Source of the DNA: Felis catus
Lineage: Eukaryota
DNA length: 64,000 nt
NCBI RefSeq assembly: GCF_018350175.1
Contig: NC_058369.1
Location: forward strand, 1,800,001-1,864,000
Reading direction: 5' to 3'
The position numbers were made by a program, and so were the translations under genes. The notes under the pieces were generated by a model that saw only the letters and a list, made by a program, of their open reading frames with translations, did no database searches and had not been told where the DNA came from. Shown piece by piece: positions 60,009 to 64,000 of the stretch (position 1 is its first letter; every line of letters starts with the position of its first letter).

Positions 60009-61199
60009 ACATAATGTGCATTGTTGCGTTGGCTTGGGCCATCTGTTACACAAATTCATCCAACCCTTGGGACCTTCACCTGATGTTTATGCTACTTAAA
60101 TCAAAGCCACTCGAAAACTAGATTCCCAATCTAGGCTTGAAACAAGTAAGATGCAACTCTGGAGAAAAGATCCTAATCCGTTCTGCCCCAGTGCCTGTAG
60201 ATCGGATGGCAAAGTCACAAGCATGATGTTTATAATTACATATCACGTGACACACCATCTCGGGTGCCAGTAAAGCATCAGTTGTAATGGAGGAAACACT
60301 GCCAACTTCTCTCCACTTCAGGGGACCCCATTTCTTCTCTAAGGAAAACACGCAGCTCAGGGCTTGGGCATTGCATCGAGAGAAAGAGTGAGAAAGGCAA
60401 TAGGGGTGCCTGGGTGGCTCTGTTGGTTGGTTGAGCGTCCGAGTTCGGTTCAGGTCATGATCTCGAGGTGAGTGAGTTCAAGCCCCACGCCGGGTTCCGT
60501 GCCGACAGCTCGAGCCCGGAGCCTGCTTCGGATCCTGTGTCTCCCTGTCTCTCTGCCCCTCCCCGGCTTGTGCAGTCTCTCTCTCTCTCAACAATAAACA
60601 TTAAAAAAAGAGAAATAATATTCAGAAATACATATAATACATATCACGATTTGGACCAATAATAAGAATTCTTTAAATGTAGAATTTATCACATATTTAT
60701 GTAATTTATTACTGTTTTATTACTAGATGGTTACATTTTTTTAAATATTTATTTTTCAGAGACAGAGCCAGCGGGGAGGGGCAGAGAGGGAAGAGAAAGA
60801 GAGAATCTCAAGAAGGCTTCCCGCTGCCGGTGCAGAGCCCCTGGCGGGGCTCAGACCCAATCAGTGATATCGTGACCTGAGCTGAAACCAAGAGTGGACA
60901 AGAGCCACCCAGACGCCTCTAGAAGGTTGGTTACATTTACTGTATTATACAGAATATTATAGTTAATTACAACATTAGATATTACTAAACTCCAATACAT
61001 TTATACGTTAATTATGGTAGTTTTATTGTTGCAACATATTATTGATAACACAAATCAACATATTGGTATTAGTAAGAAATAGTATCATTAAAACACTTTT
61101 ACCAAGCAAAAAACGGATTATACGTTTCCATGATTTGTTAACCAATAGGCAAATCTGTATGTCTCTGGCACCGCGCCAAATGGAAGGCTGGCAATTTGC

Positions 61200-61850
61200 C
61201 CCTCATTTAAGGCCTGGCGGAGCCCTCCGCGCACCTGCCCGACGGCGCGGGCGCGCGTTTGCGGCCGGCGGATGTGCGCAGCTGCGGGAAGCTTCTCAGT
61301 CCTGCGGAGACACCTCCCGCCCGCAGATGGCGCTGTGACTCGACTCGTTGCCCCAGAGGGACGGGGCACACCCAGCTCCACCCCCGAGCCTCCTGGGACT
61401 TGTAGTTCGCGGCTTCGTGGTGCGCAGGCGCACTGCGGAGACCGTCCCGGTTGCGCTCGTCGGGGAGGCGGTGGCAGCGGCGGCGCGGCGTGAGTTAACG
61501 GGGCGCAGGGAGGGGGCGGGGGCGCGGGCTCCGGGGGGCGGAGGGAGGTGGCGTCCGGGACTGGCCGCGGCGGGCCCGGGCGGGAGCCGGTGGCGCCCGA
61601 GCGTTGCGCCCGGGTTGGCACCTGCGCCCACCCCGGGGTCACCACTCCTGGAGACGGGTGTTCGGGGTCCTGGGCGGGGGTCCGGCGGGAGGGGCGGCCG
61701 AGGCGTTCCCGTGGGCGTTTGTCCTGTCTGTCACTCGAGGCGACGGAGGCCGCCCAGCGCCCAGAATGGCACATCTGACCCTTGCCCGGCGGGGGGACCC
61801 CAGCGTGAGACCCAGGGGGCGCGCTCTGCTGTGAGGGAGGGGCCGCACTT
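61200..61850 (+). promoter_or_regulatory. CpG-island promoter / first exon of the next gene, probably KRAB zinc-finger ZNF554
   Basis: CpG-dense. ZNF143/THAP11-type ACTACAAGTCCCA (reverse complement of 61394-61406), NRF1 TGCGCAGGCGCA 61421-61432, donor gtgagt at 61490. Gene identity rests on the recalled SGTA-THOP1-ZNF554 order; no KRAB or zinc-finger exon is inside the window. Confidence 0.65.
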
Positions 61851-63254
61851 GAAAGGGAAATGGAATAAACCCTATTTGCTCTTAAAGGCCGAGAGGGGTC
61901 GGAACGTTCAGACTTGGGAATGTGAATTCACTAGGGCTCCTTGGCTGACCCGGGGTCTCCCCCAGACTATTCTGCCTGCCCCATCCCCCAGGAGACACTT
62001 GGCAGTGCTTGGGGTCGTTGGTGGTTGTCATGACGGGGCTGGGCGGGGGGGGGGGGGGGGGGGCGGCAGTGCATCGAGTGGGTGGGGGACAGGGATGCTG
62101 CTCAGCCCCCTGCAGTGCCCAGGACGGCCCCACCCCAGAGAATGATCCGGCCCCAGTGTCCACAGGGTTGAGGCGGAGACACCCTATGTTAATTATCTGG
62201 AAAACCAGTTGAGTCCGATCCCTGCTCACTAGACACCAGAATAAATCTCCAAAGGGTCAGACAGTAGGAACCAGAGTGACCCCCGCCCCCCCCCCCCCGT
62301 GTGTGTATTTAATTGTGTGCAGCCTCCTGGGACCTCCGTAGAGCGGATAATGATGGCACACAAAGTGTCTTGGGGGTGGGTAGACTCCCCTAAACCAGGG
62401 AGATCTCACTGGGGAGTGCCTGTGTCCCTAAGGGACCGTGGTGGTATCTAGGAACATCTGTGGTTGTCACCCTGCTGAGCCCTGGGGTGGAGTAGGTGAG
62501 GCCAGGGACGCTGCTCAACTCCTCCCAGTGCCCAGAAGAGCACCCCCCCCCGCCCCGCCCGGCGAGAACGACCCGAACCGCCGTTCGCAATGCTGAGAGG
62601 GAGATCCCGACTTACACTTTATCCTTAGAGGAGTTCCTCATTGGCCTCATCAGGCCCTTCCTGGGGAGAAATGATGAGTTTCTGTGGTTTGAACATTGAA
62701 AGGGAAGGTCCCAAGCCATGTGGCACACGTCTAGGTGAAGGAGGGGGCTGAAGGGACCACGGGCATCTGCCACAAGGTAGGAGGGTCTTCGAACCATCAG
62801 ACGATGGGAGAGAATTGTTCTGCAAGACCTAGGAAGGGGCTGGGGGACCTGGACCCATTGCCCTGAGCTGCGGCTTCAAGTCCCAAGAGCCGGGGCGCCT
62901 GGGGGGCTCAGTGGGTTAAGCCTCTGACCTCCGCTCAGGTCATGATCTCACAGTTCGTGAGTGTGAGCCCCACGTCGGGCTCTGTGCTGACAGCTCGGAG
63001 CCTGGAGCCTGTTTCGGATTCTGTCTCCCTCGCTCTCTGCCCCTCCCCCGGCTCATGCTCTGTCTCGTTCTGTCTCTCAGACATTAACAAAAATATTTAT
63101 AACGTCCCAAGAGCAAAGACGGAAGTTCACGCAGCGTGGGAGGCAGTGGTAGATGCCTTCAGGCGCTTGCACAGAATCCCCTGCATGAGGCTCCCTGGCA
63201 GCAAGGCTAGGGGGTTGGGGGGGGGGGCGGCAAGGAACGCTGCCCCTCTGTTTG

Positions 63255-63645
63255 CCTGTGGTGTTTGTGAGCGTCCCGGGGCAGACTGGGTGGCTGAAAC
63301 TCCAGAAGCTTCCTCTTGCACACTCTGGAGGCCAGAAGTCTGAAATGCAGGGTCAGCAGGCCTCCAGGGGAGGACCCTTCCTGCCTCTTCCAGCTCCCTG
63401 TGGTCCCTCTCTACGCTTGGGGTCCCTCGGCTTACAGCTGTGTCACTCCAGCCTCTACGTCCATTGTCACATGGCCTTCTTCCTGTGTGTCTGCGTCTCT
63501 TTTAAGGACACCAGCCCGTGGCATCGGGCCCACTCTACTCCTATATGACTTCATCTCAGCTGCGAAGATCCTGCTTGCACATGGGGTCACCTTCACAGGT
63601 ACCAGAGGGTCAGGGCTGGAGCGTGTCCTTTAGAGGACCTGATTC
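63255..63645. mobile_element. MLT1-type MaLR LTR
   Basis: ctggaggccagaagtctgaaat...ttcctgcctcttccagct...cacatggccttcttcc...ttcacaggtaccag. Confidence 0.65.
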
Positions 63646-64000
63646 AGTGTCATCAGCAGATGTTTCGTCAGGGTGAAGCATGCGTGTCCTTGTAAAGACA
63701 CGTCTGATGCCCTGGGGGCATGGCCGGGCACAGCCTGCTCCCCTTTGTAGCTGAAGCAAGGCAGGGCTGGCTCTCCGTGAGAACTCTGCATCATTCCAGC
63801 TCATCTTGTAGATTTTCAGGCTTTTGTTTCAGGCTTTTGTTCAGGCTTTTTGTTTCATTTGTTTCATTTCATGAGTGGTTTGTAAAAAAAGTTGCCCTTA
63901 CAGATCACGTCTTCCTTGGTAATTTATTTTTTTTATTAAAAAATTTTTTTTAATGTTTGTTTATTTTTGAGAGAGGGAGAGAGAGAGAGAGAGAGCATGC

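Noticed and set aside
59570..60400. Search for V2R exons 1-2 upstream of pseudo-exon 3
   Set aside because: No FAIEEIN/LLPN-type peptide could be read in the frames checked, and the region is largely LTR/SINE. Not called.

Overview
Mammalian genomic DNA from a GC-rich, repeat-dense region. The abundant tRNA-derived carnivore SINEs of SINEC_Fc type point to a felid. Two spliced housekeeping genes sit head-to-head. SGTA (minus strand) has 10 coding exons at 8729->861 encoding 313 aa, with a non-coding exon 1 near 15.7 kb. THOP1/thimet oligopeptidase (plus strand) has 13 coding exons at 17707-39953 and the HEFGH zinc motif. As given, THOP1 exon 3 is one C short in a C-run (23448-23451), so it is frameshifted; this is probably an assembly error. 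Downstream of THOP1 lies a hidden, unprocessed vomeronasal type-2 receptor (V2R, class C GPCR) pseudogene on the minus strand (57600->48659), with four decayed exons in the correct order. One of its introns holds a MYB/RFX/CRE motif cluster with divergent splice donors. A CpG-island promoter at 61.2-61.8 kb probably belongs to ZNF554, judged by synteny. Other oddities are a nested SINE stack containing an A(BA)3 tandem array in THOP1 intron 5, and ancient L1 3'-end and MER20 copies that look homogenised and GC-shifted, including a perfect 69-bp inverted repeat inside SGTA. Comparisons with human and rodent proteins and with repeat consensuses are from recall, not from searches.
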